A stretch of 64,000 bases of DNA from Octopus vulgaris (lineage: Eukaryota), in NCBI GenBank assembly GCA_951406725.2, contig OX597833.1, positions 44,330,001 through 44,394,000 of the forward strand, given 5' to 3'. The translations under genes and the position numbers were made by a program. The notes under the pieces are model-generated. The model did no database searches. It had not been told where the DNA came from and saw only the letters and a list, made by a program, of their open reading frames with translations. Every line of letters starts with the position of its first letter. The stretch's first letter is position 1. Below are positions 30,560 through 45,930 of this stretch, piece by piece.

Positions 30560-31740
30560 ATGTATGTATGTATGTATGTATAAAGAGAAAATTCACTTTT
30601 CTGTGCTTGTACGGGGTTCTCAGAGCCACAAGTGAAACTAGTTTTAATTGTGAACCTCTGACCTTGTTTGAAAAGGAAATCCGAGCCTTCAAGCAAGTTG
30701 GGGCAGGTTCCTCAGTTTGGCAGTCCGCATTTTTTAAGCGTTGGTTTCGTAGTTGTTTTGTAAAGCTTCGCATTTGTTAGCAGTCTCTTTAGCGATGTGT
30801 ATTGCTTTTTTGCATTTGAACCGTTTGTGCGTTTTCAGGATGTCGTTCATCTTTGGATCTCTAGTTAGTAAAGGAAGATTTTGCACAATAGTTTTGAATG
30901 CCTCACTGTTTCTGGAGTTGTGTGTTGATATAAATAGTAGTGTTTTGAGATGAGGTGTGGTGTTATGTTTTGTTGTTCTTAGTGTTTTATGTCTAATTTT
31001 TTGGCACGTTTAATTCCCTCATCTATAAGTGAGGGTGGATATTGTCTTTCAGTAAGTGTTGTTTTGGGGGTCTCGAAGACGAAATTCCCGAATAGTTCTA
31101 TCAGACACTATTGTGCAAATCCTTTTTGCCAAATTAAAAGAAATATTTATTTTGATGTGTTTCGGGTGGCATGAGCTAAAGAGGAGATATTGTTTTGAGT
31201 CAGTTGGTTTAAATAGATGTCAATTATAATTTGATTGTTGACTTTTTTTTATCATGATGTCTAAAAATGGGAGCTGTTCTTTGTTATATTCCATTGTGAA
31301 TTGGATGTTGCTATTTATATCATTCAGTGTTGAATGTTCTCCGTCTAAATGATAAAATAGTCATCCAGGTATCTTTTCCAATTTTCTCTTATGTAAAGGT
31401 AAAATGCGTAAACATATTTCTGAAGTGTTACATCATATAAGGTAAATTCAAAATAACCCATTATTAGGTTCGCAAGAACATGGGCTGCTTTCGTTCCCAT
31501 CACAATTCCTCATATCTGACGATAGTATGTGTCATCAAATAGGAAATAATTGTTCTGAACTATAAATTTTAACGATTCAATAATAAAGATTTGATTTATG
31601 CGTTCTGGGAGTAATTCGAGGTACTTTTCCAACCATAATTTAATTGCTTTTATTCCATAGTTATGTGGGATGTTGGTGTAAAGATTGATAACATCGAGGG
31701 TAACCAATATTGTTTCTTCGTTAATTGTTTTTTGATTTTA
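30560..31740 (-). mobile_element. Penelope-like element RT fragment
   Basis: LVTLDVINLYTNIPH, NNYFLF..TYYRQ, MGTK.A, RYLDD and LPFLDI motifs typical of PLE RT; disrupted. Confidence 0.75.
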
Positions 31741-32143
31741 CGAATTGAACACGAAGCACATGTTCTCTATTGTCGATTCTTTATTAGCTGCATCACAATC
31801 ACACAAAAATATTAACCCCGCTCCTTTCAACCTTACAAGGACTGCTTTCTGTCAATCAATTTACCACGCAAATACTTCCAAATCAATCTGGAAATCTAAA
31901 TCGAACCAAAACCTTCGAAATCTAATCATCTAATCAATAGGGAGTAGACCATTTTGGTTTGTCTTCGTATCCTATACTATAATGGTGACATCGTCCTCTA
32001 ATGCAGATACGGTCTTCTTACATAGCTAAGTCTTTCAAAATCTCCTATTTCTATTAGTAAAGATCTGAGGTTACATAGCAACAGCAACATTAACAGAAAA
32101 AGTAAAAACGCAAACTAAGGTAACACAAAGGGCATTTGCTCAC

Positions 32144-32446
32144 CTTTTGAGTTGATTGGTATATGAAGTGTGTTGCCAAACACTTCACATGAGATGACTG
32201 TGACGTCAAAGTCGTCCGGTTTTACAGTGAAATTATGAATTGACTCTACTAGAACATAACATTTGTCACTAGTTGAAGCATTCACATACTGTTCAGTTTT
32301 AATTTTGCCGCTATAACCGTCTTCAATCCAAAGAAAGGCATGACGACCAAAAGGTGTACCGACATATGCTGTACATCTGAAGATCGATGTCTTGTTCGCT
32401 TCAAAGGGCGGATTAAGAAGTTCCAGATTCTTCATGTAAGATTTTG
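32144..32446 (-). CDS. Gene B, Ig-like domain 2 exon (KSYMKNLELL...SIFRC...FLW...KCY...VISC...INSK)
   Basis: CTTTTCAG acceptor, GTGAGC donor, 303 nt, phase 1-1, open; Cys-Trp-Cys Ig core; N-glycosylation sequons NKT, NAS, NFT. Confidence 0.85.
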
Positions 32447-33449
32447 CTGAAAAGTAAACAAATTAAAATTTGTTAATTTTAGGATAATAGATCTCGCAAT
32501 AATATATTCAGTGGTTTCACTGATATAAACTACAATCTTCATATTCAAACAAAGAGTATAACAACACTCAAACTCTCTGTGAATCTAAGCCCTTTGAAAT
32601 CCTGCCTCTAAGTGTTCAACTGTATAACTTTTTAATAAACGCTGGTGCTAGAGCAGTGTGGAATTTCAACTTCTTAGGAGATTAGTAAAACCCCCAATTT
32701 GGTCATTTTTCCTAAGCCAAGAAGAATGCAATTGTAGTCTTGGAAGCTGTAGAGTCACCCGGGAATACGAGATGAGCGTTATTGTAATTCAGTGGTAGAA
32801 CAGTTTAAGAGATTGCTTTGAGATATACTTAGATTGTGATTTCTGCTATGTGGCGCATAAATTGTCAAGTAAAGGAGAAGCAACTTTGCCTCCACTGGCT
32901 TCGTTGCAAAATGTTATTTTGAGTAAAGTTATTTGGTTATAAACCTCCTTTGAATCTTTTTATTATCACTGGGTCAGAGACAGTCCCAAGATGGTAACAT
33001 TGATGTCAAGGCCTTTCCAGATAAGTGATTGGTCATTCAAAGAGATTTAAAGATATCAAATTCATTCTGTTCAGTTACCTATAGGTATAGTGATCATTGG
33101 CAAATCCAATAGGGGACACTTGGATTTCCCCTTACCCCTCACGTCACACAGTTGTCACGCCCTTCCAATTGCTATAGATCTGTAATGCATCTTACGGCTG
33201 TGCCGGTCAACCGTATCGTGAGCAATCATACATTGGGGAGTGGTAGCGACTAGGGTAAGGTAGCAGACTGCTTATTGTGATCATTCGTTCTTTGGTTTCC
33301 TCTAGCTTTTACAAACCCAGTGAACACTTATGTTTCCGATTTCAAAGAACTTTGAACAATTGATATAAGACATAAGTTAAAAAAGATTCCCAACAATTCA
33401 ACTTCTCTGGTTGACTTTAAGACGCCCCTAATAGTGGCCTTACTCCCAT

Positions 33450-34445
33450 ATTTTAGATCTCCCTGTGCTCTATGTGCTCGTTTTCAAGGAGCAAAAACCT
33501 TTGAATGTTTTTGAAGAAGCACTACAACATTGTAAACTGCTGAAAATCATCGATATGACATGGCAGGGTGTAACGAGGAGAACGCTGAATTCTGAAGGGA
33601 GGAAATTGTGAACTGACTGCGTATCCGAAAGAGATTTCGAGGGCTTTGAGTCTGCGACACATGTAGTAGAGGAGATAGTGTCACTTAGCAAGTCCATGGG
33701 CCTCGCGGTTGATGATGGGGACGTAAATGATCTCGTCGAGAACAATCAGAGGAGCTGACGACAGATGAACTCCTGCAGCTTCAGGAGAAACAGCATTTGG
33801 ATGCGGTGGAAGGGATTGGTTCCTTGGAGGAAGACAGTGTAGCAGTGTAGCAGTGTATCACTACGAGTGTCATAAATGCAGTGTTGGCAAAGTGGCAGTA
33901 TTTTTCTGAATTTGTAGAAAAATATCATCCTGAAAAAGTCACTACAGATCATGCATCTGCTTTATTCAGTAACACTGCTCTGGCGCATTTTCGTAGCATT
34001 TTGAAAGGCAGCAAAAAGCAGACTTCTTTTGATATATTTCAAATGAAACGACCTGCAAGTGTAAAAAGTGAAGAAAGTGTGTCCCAAAAGGTTAAATTTA
34101 TCGAAGTGAGACAGAAAATGCCAGAGGTTGTTCTTTATGAAGTCTTAATGGAAGGAGATTCTCCTCCCCAACAATAATTCGCCTCCCCTCTCTATCGTCT
34201 TCCTCATGCATATATCGTCCCATTTTTAAGATAATTCAGCTAATAAAACATGTTTACATATTTCTTTTACATTCCCTATTTTATAATTGTTATTTTCATT
34301 GCAACTACACCTTTTCTGTCTTAAAACTCATTTAATTTTTTTTTTTATGGTTTGGCGGGCCTGGATCGGATTAATTATATTGCAGTTAATTTCAATGGGG
34401 AAAATTGATTTGTAAAACGAGTAAATTGCACAACTATTACTGTAC
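33450..34445 (+). mobile_element. Tigger/pogo-like DNA transposon remnant
   Basis: EIVSLSKSMGLAVDDGDVNDLVE..EELTTDEL and FVEKYHPEK...HFRSILK..KQTSFD resemble the Tigger transposase C-terminus; ends ...ACTG-TA. Confidence 0.65.
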
Positions 34446-34615
34446 ACAATATGTAGATTATTTCTGCAGTAGAAAATACAAAACCAGAGTAAAATATTGC
34501 ACATATCAAATGCTACGAATCTGTTCCCGATAGTGCAGTTGAAACACGCAATAGAGATAAACGTAATGATATTGTGGCTGAATAAGTGAAAACAAATAGA
34601 ACTAGTTAAACTGAC

Positions 34616-34942
34616 CTTTCATAAGTTCAGGTTTTGAAGATTCTAAAGGTGTTTTACATGTGTAGTAAGTCGCATCCTTGCAAGTAGGTTTGTCCTTCCA
34701 GCACAAAAAGTGACCTTTATCACCATAATTAATTAAAGTACAGTCGAAGCCTCCCTGCTTGATTGTTTTCTCATAGTCACCCTTCTCCTTGTTGTATTTA
34801 AATTTTACAACGGTGAGGTTGTGATTTTGCACCAGGAACAACTCAACAAGATTTCGCACATTATAGCGACATAATATACCCATTTCACCAACGTTTGTAA
34901 GATCAATACCATCAAGAGGGAATATATCGATAATTTCAAGAA
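34616..34942 (-). CDS. Gene B, Ig-like domain 1 exon (LEIIDIFPLDG...GILCRY...FDC...FLC...CKDATYYTC...LMK)
   Basis: TTTTTCCTACACAG acceptor, GTCAGT donor, 327 nt, phase 1-1, open; DxxxYxC motif; 5 Cys conserved with paralogs. Confidence 0.85.
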
Positions 34943-35019
34943 CTGTGTAGGAAAAAGAAAAAAGAATAAATCAGAGGAAGTGTTTGTAGTAATACATGAC
35001 TGCATTTACAGAACAACTT

Positions 35020-35066
35020 GAGAGAAGAAGAAGAAGAAGAAGAAGAAGAAGAAGAAGAAGAAGAAG

Positions 35067-35098
<32 letters not shown>

Positions 35099-36330
35099 GA
35101 ACAACAAGAACAAGAAGAAGAAAAAGAACAAGAAGAACAAGAAGAAGAAAAAGAAGAAAAAGAAGAGGAACAAGAAAAAGAAGAAGAAGAAGAAGAAGAA
35201 GAAGAAGAAGAAGAAAAAGAAGAAAAAGAAGAAGAAGAAGAAGAAGAAGAAGAAGAAGAACAGCAGCAACAACAACAACAACAACAACAACAACAAGAAG
35301 AAAAAGAAGAAGAATGAATGAAGAAGAATGAAGAAGAAGAAGAAGAAGAAGAAAAAGAAGAAGAAGAATGAAGAAGAAGAAGAAGAAGAAGAAGAAGAAT
35401 GAAGGAGAAGAAGAAGAATGAAAAAGAAGAAGAACAAGAACAAGCACAAGAACAAGAACAAGAACAAGAACAAGAAGAACAAGAACAAGAAGAAGAAGAA
35501 GAAGAAGAAGAAGAAGAAGAAGAAGAACAACAACAACAACAACAACAAGAACAAGAACAACAAGAACAAGAAGAACAAGAACAAGAAGAAGAAAAAGAAC
35601 AAGAAGAACAAGAAGAAGAAAAAGAAGAAAAAGAAGAAGAAGAAGAAGAAGAGCAGCAACAACAACAACAACAACAAGAACAAGAAGAAGAAAAAGAAGA
35701 AGAATGAATGAAGAAGAATGAAGAAGAAGAAGAAGAAGAAGAAGAAGAAGAATGAAGAAGAAGAAGAATGAAGAAGAAGAAGAAGAAGAAGAAGAAGAAG
35801 AAGGAGAATGAAGGAGAAGAAGAAGAATGAAAAAGAAGAAGAAGAAGAAGAAGAAGAAGAATGACGAAGAAGAAGAAGAAGAAGAAGAAGAATGAAGAAG
35901 AAGAAGAAGAAGAACAAGAACAAGAAAAAGAAAAATGAAGAATGAAGAAGAACAAGAACAAGAACAAGAAGAAGAAAAAGAAGAAGAAAAAGAACAAGAA
36001 GAACAAGAACAAGAAGAAGAAAAAGAAGAAGAAGAAGAAGAACAACAACAACAACAACAACAACAAGAAAAAGAAGAAGAATGAATGAAAAAGAATGAAG
36101 AAGAAGAAGAAGAAGAAAAAGAAAAAGAACAAGAAAAAGAACAAGAAGAACAAGAACAAGAAGAAGAAGAAGAAGAAGAAGAAGAAGAAGAAGAACAACA
36201 ACAACAACAACAAGAAAAAGAAGAAGAATGAATGAAAAAGAATGAAGAAGAAGAAGAAGAAGAAGAAGAAGAAGAAGAAGAAGAAGAAAAAGAAAAAGAA
36301 GAAGAATGAATGAAGAAGAATGAAGAAGAA
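35020..36330. repeat. Compound (GAA)n/(CAA)n/GAAT tract upstream of the gene B Ig1 acceptor
   Basis: Direct inspection; internal higher-order blocks recur. Confidence 0.95.
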
Positions 36331-36849
36331 GGCCTATGCAAAGATTTCATCAGGTCTTCATCATTCTCGATACAATCAAGACCTTGTGCAATTGAAATCT
36401 AAGTGTCTTTTTGGTCAGCTGATATCAGTTTTGGCACAAACTTGGCAGACACTCACCTCATACCCAAATCTTCTGTAATAAAGGACTGAACTGAACCATA
36501 ACTAATCTGAACACCCTCTGAAAATCACGAATAACGATTCGACGCTTTCCCCTCACGGCTCATACACTCCTCTCCATACACTTTCTGCAACTTTGCGTTG
36601 GCCTCTGAGCATGTATCGCCATGGCTACGTTCTCTGTCATGCCTCAATGCGACGATCACACGCTTCACACCTTCATTCCAAGCACTGTTGTAAACAGCGG
36701 CAGTGAGCTAGAACGTTAAAACATAGTGCGCATGCTCAACAGAGTTCAAAGTCAATCTTTGTTAAGCGGCTTAACTCTGCGTGCTTTAGCTTCTTTACTA
36801 TTTCAATAATCTGGATACAATTGATCCAAGCCTGGCTTTATTGTCGTGG

Positions 36850-37897
36850 CGTCTCTTATATTCCTTCTGGGCTAGTGGCGTACATTGGCTGGTAATATGC
36901 CATACGGTTTCACCATTTTGTCCACAAATTCTGCACTTATCACTTTCTGCTGTGTTGACTATTCTGAATTTTATGTAGTTTGTTCTTAGTGCTTGCTCTT
37001 ATTTAGCACAGATTTGTGGCTCTGTTTCCAGCTTTAAATCACTTTTAGTCACCAGGGCCATCTTTTTTTTCTGCCTGTCCCATCTTCAACATCACTATGA
37101 AATTGACTATACATTTTCTTCTTTACCCACCTATTTTCAGTTTCATTCGTTTTCAATTGCTTGTACAGTGTGTTTTTGCAATCTTTCATCCTACACAAGT
37201 CTAACCTTACTTCTAATAATAGTGCTCTATTTTTTGCTCTGTTAAGTCCATACTTGTTCCAAAGTGTCCAATGGACAATCCTTGTTATATAGTCATGATG
37301 TCTCTTATATTCTTTCTGGGATAGTGGTGTACAATGACTGGTAATATGGCATATGGTTTCACCATTTTGTCCACAAGTTCTGCACTTATCATTTTCTGAT
37401 GTGTTGTCTATTCTGTAATTTATGTAATTCGTTTTTGGGGCTTGCACTTGAGCAGCACAGATTAGAGCCTCTGTTTCCGGTTTTAAATCACTTTTAGTCA
37501 TTCATAGCCATCTTTTTTCTCTGTCTATCTTATCTTCAACATCCGTATGGAATTGCTCATGCATTCTGTTTTTTATCCACCTGTTTTCAGTTTCATTCAT
37601 TCTGGAGTTCTTGTACAGTGCTTTACAGTGCTTACATGCTACACATGCCTGACCTCCTTACTTCCAATAATAGTGGTTCTGTGGCATTTTTTACACACCA
37701 TGCTATGTTGTTTTCTTTCTGCTCTAATGCTGCGTTCGCATCCAATCAGTCCTCTTCCCCCTCCTTTTCTTGGTACATACAATCTGTGTGGCACTTTTTG
37801 TGTGGAGTATGCCATATCTATTTAGCAACTTTCTTGTCTTTCTGTCTAAGCTATTTAGTTCGTCTACTGTCCATGCGATTATTATTATTATTATTAT

Positions 37898-37946
<49 letters not shown>

Positions 37947-37959
37947 GGTGGTGGTGGTG

Positions 37960-38018
<59 letters not shown>

Positions 38019-38860
38019 TGAATAAAACTCTCAGCCTTTTTTGCTGGGTATGATGGAAAATGTCATCTCTCCACAACCAGTAGATAGACTACGGTGGCAC
38101 TTGTTTATTGATCATGCTTCACGAATCCTACTCTTACATTTCCAAACAATGATGATTTTTATTGGTGTTCTATCTTTTTGAGCCATGCTGGTAGTAGTGT
38201 GCTGATACATCCCAGCGCGCTAATTATTACTGGTATCATGTCCACTCTCTTCTACTCACAGCTTGCGTATTTCCCACTTCAAATCGCCATAGCTGTTCAT
38301 TTTTTCCTATTTGTCTTTGATCCTTTTTCTACCGGAATATGCTAAGTTGATTATCATACAAGGTTTTTTCTTTTTGCTCACCACATTAATATCAGCTTTC
38401 CGATATCTGACCAAATGGTCACACTGAACCATTGCATCCTACAGGATTTTGTAGTCTTCATTCTTGATAACTCCTTCTGGGATTTCGCCATACCATCTCT
38501 TTATTTCTTTGTCAGCCGTGATTTCCACATACCTCCCATTAATTCATTCTTGCTATATTGTTATATCGTCTTTTGTAATCGTGTTGTGCCAATTTCAGGC
38601 ATTCGCTAACAATGTACCAGCCCTCACACCGTTTCACTCCTCAGAAAACACATTCTGCATTTGTCGCACTCGCTTGTATTGTCAATTCTGCACTTCACAT
38701 ACTTCGTCCTTAAAGCTTGTTCTTGCAGTGCGCATATAAGTGTTTCTCTATCTTCAGGTCACTCCTCCGTATCCATTACAACCGTTCTTCAATATCTGTC
38801 TTGACGTTCGTATCTGTTGCAAACCGACTGTACATGTTTTTCCTTCCATGCTATTTATTA
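36850..38860 (-). mobile_element. Dong/R4 LINE fragments (paralogous to 5095-6700), interrupted by (TAG)n/(TGG)n
   Basis: LKPETEALICAAQ, CRTCGQNGETICHI..C, YKRHHD. Confidence 0.75.
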
Positions 38861-39291
38861 CTATTCTTTTTTTTTTTAGTTCTTTTCCTCTTTAAGTTTT
38901 TCTTCCTACACACAATTATCAATTTTGATAATACTGGACTTCTGCACATTCTTCAGCAATCGTTTCACGGATATACCAATATAAACTGTCTTCTCTGCTT
39001 CTGCACAAACCTGGCAACTAATCAAACCTCTCCCACCCTTCTTCTGGACAAGTACAACCTATCAGTGTCAGCTTTGGGACGGAATTGTCCATGCACTCTC
39101 AAAATTTTCCTTGACTTCGTACATATGCTCATCAGTTCTTTCTTTTTCCAGTTTCTGTTTCTAGCTCCATACCGAAGTGATGCTATGTCTGGCATCTGGT
39201 CTTGCCAGATGATTTTGCAAAAGCTTTCTCAGGTAATTCATATGCATTCATTCTTGGTTTATTAAAATGATCTCTGCCTCTAAAGGATGTC

Positions 39292-39324
<33 letters not shown>

Positions 39325-39964
39325 TGTTTGTATGTATGTATGTATGTATGTATGTATGTATGTATGTATGTATGTATGTTTGGACGCAAACACTGAACTA
39401 AAACGATGAATCCGTTAATATGTAAAGGCAAAAATATTCTACGTTCGAAATGGACGTGATGAACGCTTCTTGAGCGAAAGGAATATGAATTAGAAAAAAG
39501 AAAGAAGTCGACTTCAATAATTCTATATTTACTCTTCTATACGTATTGACTACATATTTCTCTCTCATTTGAATTACTACTTGCAAACAACATAGCACGC
39601 ACGCATACATACACGAACACATACTATTCATATGTATACATACATACACACACACACACACACATATATTATATATATGTGTGTGTGTGTGTGGATGCGT
39701 AATGGCCCAGTAGTTAGGGCAGCGGACTCGCGGTCGTAGGATCGCGGTTTCGATTCCCAGACCGAGCGTTGTGAGTGTTTATTGAGCGAAAACACCTAAA
39801 AGCTCCACGAGGCTCCGGCAGGGAGGGGGTGATCCCTGCTGTACTCTTTCACCACTCTTTCTTCTGTTGGCCAACTCGCTTAGCCAGCGGGGTGGCGTCA
39901 TTCGAAGGCTAAAACAATGCGAACGCATTGTGACCAGCGATGTGTAACTACATCTGATGGACCG

Positions 39965-40120
<156 letters not shown>

Positions 40121-40272
40121 GTTATATTTCGGAATGGTCATATTGCCAGTTTAGCCAATAAAAACACACGCACTATATATTTGGTGTTATTTTGCTTCAG
40201 TGATATTTATTTTTTACATTAATCTTAATCTTATTTCGGCCATAAAAAATCTTGCACAACAAATATTTAAAC

Positions 40273-40342
<70 letters not shown>

Positions 40343-40439
40343 GTAAATGTAATATGTCACAATTATTCGGTAGCCATGATAATGGATGCTGTGGTGGAAA
40401 TCCCACAGTTATCCAGCCGTGTCTGAATTCAGACATGTA

Positions 40440-40800
40440 GCGGGGTCTAAGCTGCTTTTCCAGATGAGCTATCTTTCCATATCACATAGACTGCACTTTC
40501 CACTGCCGTTGGTGTAGAACATACACTTGGCTAAGATCTTCCAATGGATGTTGTAACTGACACCTTTATCTTTTAATGACCATATATGACTGGATAATTT
40601 GGTCGTTTTCCTTTTATCCCAGTGCCTAAAGCTCAAAGTGTGATTATTGAACCTGGCCTTGAAATTACCCTCTGTAAGGCCCACGTACTTCTTCGTCGAA
40701 ACCGTGTCTTTAGTGGGTATAGAGTCCACGGTGGCTTTTAAATGATGGTCTCGGACATGCAAGCTCCATTTAGCTGGCACAAATTTTTATCCCTGTATGA
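40440..40800 (-). mobile_element. Penelope-like GIY-YIG endonuclease fragment
   Basis: YVGLTEGNFKARFNNH..SF...TKLSSHIWSLK...CSLC..E. Confidence 0.7.
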
Positions 40801-40921
40801 ACAGCTGGTTTCGTATTGTGATTTTTGTGTGTTACCGAATAATTGTCACATATTACATTTACAGATAAATTCCTCTATTTACATAATATCGAGGTCTCTT
40901 TCTTTTGTTCTCTTACAATTT

Positions 40922-40997
<76 letters not shown>

Positions 40998-41000
40998 TTA

Positions 41001-41033
<33 letters not shown>

Positions 41034-41050
41034 TATCGCATATAAATTTG

Positions 41051-41091
<41 letters not shown>

Positions 41092-44000
41092 CGTACATAC
41101 ACACATACATTGATACGTACATACGTACGTACGTACGTATGTATGTATGTATGTATGTATGTATGCATGTTTATATGTATGCATGCATGTACAGTTATGT
41201 TGATGCAAGCAGGAAAAACAGAACTCAAAATATGAGAATCTGAGTATTTTTATTAATATTTAGTAGAAGAAACTGAGTGACCTATTCAATTTGATAAGTG
41301 CCAATGCACAAAACCCTCGTCTCTTGAGTCTGTTATTTCTGCCAAACATTAATAAAAATATATACGTATATAAACACACACACATACACACATACACACA
41401 CACGCGCCTCTCACACACACACGCAAACACACAAGCAAACGCACACCTTTAGGCTGTTTGGAATAAAGATAACAGTTGGCACAAAATGAAAACAATATTC
41501 TTTCCAAAATAAAAGTAGTTTTAAAAAAATAATAATAATATCAATTAGATTAAGGCTGGAAGATAACAGCTTAATCAAGATAGCTGCTTCAGCTTCTACC
41601 ACGGCCTCAAGACTGCTCCGGGGTGTGACGCATGCGTTCATCACTGAGTCCCTTGGAAGAACTTCTTCAGACATCTTTCCGAATTTGGCCACGCACTCAG
41701 CCTCGTTGCAGCAGGCAAAAGCAACTGGTGTCGTTTTCAATTATACTCCGCACGTAATATTCCATGAGATTAAAACTGGGAGAATTAAGAGGCCAGGAAC
41801 TGAGACTGGTGATATTATAGAACTACTCCGACTACCACCTCTGACTTTTTTCCGGAAGTGTGACAAAGAGCCGAATCCTACTGCCACACATATAGCCTTC
41901 TTGTAGCAACCTTTTCCAGACTGGGTCACTCAGGCAGTCGAGAATAAAAGGTATTTCCTCCACCCACTGAGCTTTCGCGAAAGCATCTTCACGAGTAGCT
42001 TCTTGGTAGAGCCAAATAAGTCGGAAACGAAAGCTGTATTACTCTGGCCCCTTTCTTTTCGAATTCTATGACATACTTCCTAAGAATGTCTTAATAGGTT
42101 GCTGTTCTTCTTCACTGGATCCTTTGTACTGCATTCCCAGTTCCTGCAACAATTGTATTTGGTAACCCAGAAGATTTTGTTGCATAATTTCTTGGAGTTA
42201 CCTAACATCGATGAAGCTGCACCTGGCAAATCTATAGGCAACATTTGAGTGCTGTGATTGCTGTCATTCGACTATCAGCCACATCTTTAGCTGTTGTCTG
42301 TCCCATCCTGCATACATTGAGTTCAAACTGCTGCCACTCATTGTAGATATATGGTGGACGAATTTTATCTGCTGAAATACTCTGCATTAGGTCGGGAGTG
42401 CAAGCACATTAAGGGAATCGGCACAGTGAGCTACAATATATTATCTGTGTGCGTGTGTGTGAACGCATGAATGCTCAGAAGGTGAGAAGGACGATGAGAG
42501 TGAAACAGCAGAAAAGAAGATTCTACCGTCATTTTTTCGTGTATTTCTTATGTATCAGTTAAGATGATAGCCAGATGATTTTAAGTGGCGAAGGGTGGGT
42601 AGTACAGCCAGGCTATTTGAAAATACTAATAGTAGAAAGTTGTTGCAAATATTTTCCAATGACGCCACGAACGACATATCTCAGGTTTTTCTATTTGAGG
42701 TCTTCATTTCATACGTCAGTTCTCTTCGCCACGGTTTAGAGTTCAACTTACCCTGGTAATCTACCTGCGCACTCGGTCACCAAACCAGAAATTTCTTAGT
42801 ACTCCAGGATATATGTATGTACCTGTGTGTGTGTGCGTGTGTGCGTGTGTCTGTATGTGTGTGCGCGCCGATAAACCACTAAAAGTTCGATTTATATATC
42901 TTCTCCAGATTGCGTGAGGCTCATTCACTCCCACCACTTTGATGCATAGGTTTTAGTCTTACATACATGTGTGCGTTTGTGTGTGTGTACGTGTCTGTGT
43001 GTGTGCGTGTGAGTGTGTGTGTGCGTGTAAAGGTAAGATCCAAGGCTCAACGCGTTGGAAGTTAATGACCTCCAGCGATTCGTAGAATATATTAAAGCAA
43101 CGTGATCTTTTCTGTTTGATAGACGGAATTTTCTAGTTAACTAAAAAATTTGAAACTTCGTATACTGGTAGAATGTGTCAAAAGAAAACATTATGGTAAA
43201 CAAAATTGAAAACAAAATTGTAATTCGTAACTTAAACGTAGTTTAATTATACGAATTAAAGATCCAAGCAACGTCCAGAAACAGTAGTGGTTTAACGGTG
43301 TAGGTAGATGTAAATGTTTCCCGTATAGGAGTACGATTAGCAACAGGTTTTGTTGTATAGACGAATAAGCATCCAAAAATTAGGGTATGAAGTAAACAAA
43401 ATCCAGGCTACATATGCTTGATAGCTTGCGGAACATTGGAAGGAGTAAATTATACAAACGAGCGGGTAAAACGCAAGCTGCTTTCCAGGTCATTGATACC
43501 TTGTTACGATATCCCGTTTTAACATGTTGGGGATTCGATCGAAATGCATAGAATGTACAGTTCGAGAGAAAAACCTATTTAGGAAGAAGTAAAAGTAAAA
43601 GAACATATATGTATGTGTGTGTTATTCTATGGGTGCGTGCGTGTGTATGTATGTATGTATATACATGTATAAATATATGTGTGTGTATATATATATGTAT
43701 ATATATATATTTGTAAAACATAACGTTCTTCAATTATATAACAATGCAGAATGGCCTATGGTAACTGCTATAATTTAATTATTCATAGTCTCTTATAATA
43801 TTTCGAAATATAAAAATTCCTTCTTCAGATATTGCTGAGAATTGATTGAGTGACGTCTATAATCGGTTTTCCAACGGTTACTGAAATTTTGTTTTCAGAA
43901 GCGTCTCTACAGTGATCTGTCAAAGCTCGTTCCGGAATTCCTTCTGAGAATTTCGTGAGGGCGGCCATGTTTAGACCTCGTGTGTGTTAGCATATCAGCG

Positions 44001-44226
44001 GCGCTGCTTCTAAGTTATACATTATATATGCAGTTTTTTTTTTTATATATAATACATGAGCATTTTACCAGAAAAATATTTACACGCATCGTGTAAATGA
44101 AATGGATATACACGCATCCACATGTAGCTAAATAATATATTGATTGCATTGGGGGTTGGGTGTACAAGCAATTTAGGGAATCGGCACAGTGGGCTACAAT
44201 ATATTATATGTGACTCTGTGTGTGTG

Positions 44227-44281
<55 letters not shown>

Positions 44282-44450
44282 CTGTGTGTCTCTGTGTGTG
44301 TAGAAGAAAATGAGAGCGAAAAAGGGCAATTAGGGCGAGATAGAAATATATAGTAAGCACAGGCACCCAAAGAATGTAAGTATGAGATCTAACACAGAAA
44401 GATTGAGTGTTGGAGCTGAAAAGAAAATACTGTCGTGAATCTTAACTTAC

Positions 44451-44499
44451 GGGCTGAATTGTAAGGAACCATCATCAATATTAATATAACTAATAACAT
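44451..44499 (-). CDS. Gene B, coding exon 1: signal peptide MLLVILILMMVPYNSA (phase 1)
   Basis: ATG at 44499, hydrophobic 16-mer ending in N-S-A (small -1 residue), GTAAGT donor; in frame with the exon at 34942. Confidence 0.85.
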
Positions 44500-45162
44500 C
44501 CCTGATCTTGACAGGTAGGTATTAGGCAGAAAGGGAAATGATCGTCGGCTCTCAGCAACACAAAATAACGAAAAGATGTGTCTGACTCGAAAAGTGAAGT
44601 CGAAATAGTCAAACAACAAACCCAGAGACAAAAGCACAATATATGTAAGTGTGAATGAGAGAAGGAGTGCAATTCGAAGTGTGAGTGAAGCTGAGATTGT
44701 TCCATTTTCTGTTTCATTCTCCTTCTGTCTCTCTCTGTCTCTGTCTCTCTCTCTCTCTCTTTCTTTCTCTCTCTCTCTCCCTCCCTCGTTCTCCCTTACT
44801 TCCTCTCTTTCTGCTTCGAGAAGTAGACAGGTAGAATATATATAAAAAAAAGCAATTTAAAAGAAACTAAGAACGAGATACTCACGCGCTCCTACTCACA
44901 CTTTCACGCAACAGGCGCACGTGCACACATACACACACACTCACACACACACATACACACAAACACAAACACAAACACACACACGCACACACACCACAGA
45001 GCAGAATGAGAGGATAAGTAAAGTGATTAGGAAAGAGACGGCGACTAAGAATACGTGAGAGGGAAGAGAGGGAAAAATAAAGAATTGAACGTGAGAAAAT
45101 CGACAAAGAAGTGATAGGATGAACGAATATAACAAACACCAAGAGGAAAGGAGAGAGCGAAT

Positions 45163-45202
<40 letters not shown>

Positions 45203-45749
45203 AAAGAGAGAGAGAGATAAAGAGATTGCGGACGAAATTTTCTGACACATGTCTTCTTCCATCCAAAATTACAAGGTACGTCGGCCTCCTCCACGACTTC
45301 TTTCCAGCTTTGCTCTTTCATGACGTTCAATAAGTGTATCGTACTCTTCCTTCGTCTGTTTTTATGTCTGTTTTTGCACACACCGTGTATGCGATCTGTT
45401 GTGACAAAACGACCGTCCGAGGCCAGATCATTGCCCCTGATGCGGGCAGTTTCGGACGTACTGGGCGGGAAACCTTGACCATGATCGGCTATAGCTTCAT
45501 TCTCGCCGTTAATTCTTTCCTTGTGTGGCATCATGATTTCATGAGTCATTCGTGGGGTTTCCAAGTGAGTTGTTATTGAGATGCCCTCCCTCTCTTCCTT
45601 TCTTCATCTGTATATACATGTGCACATGTATGTATATACACATATATATATAAATAACGTGCTTGCAGTGTGTCGCCTCCCTAACCTCAGTGATTATCAT
45701 TACCACCATCGTTCTACCTTTAATATTTGAAATTCACGTGATCACGTGA

Positions 45750-45899
45750 AGTCGAAATAGTCAAACAACAAACCCAGAGACAAAAACTCAATATATGTAA
45801 GTGTGAATGAGAGAAGGAGTGCAATTCGAAGTGTGAGTGAAGCTGAGATTGTTCCATTTTCTGTTTCATTCCCCTTCTGTCTCTCTCTCTCTTTCTTTA

Positions 45900-45930
<31 letters not shown>
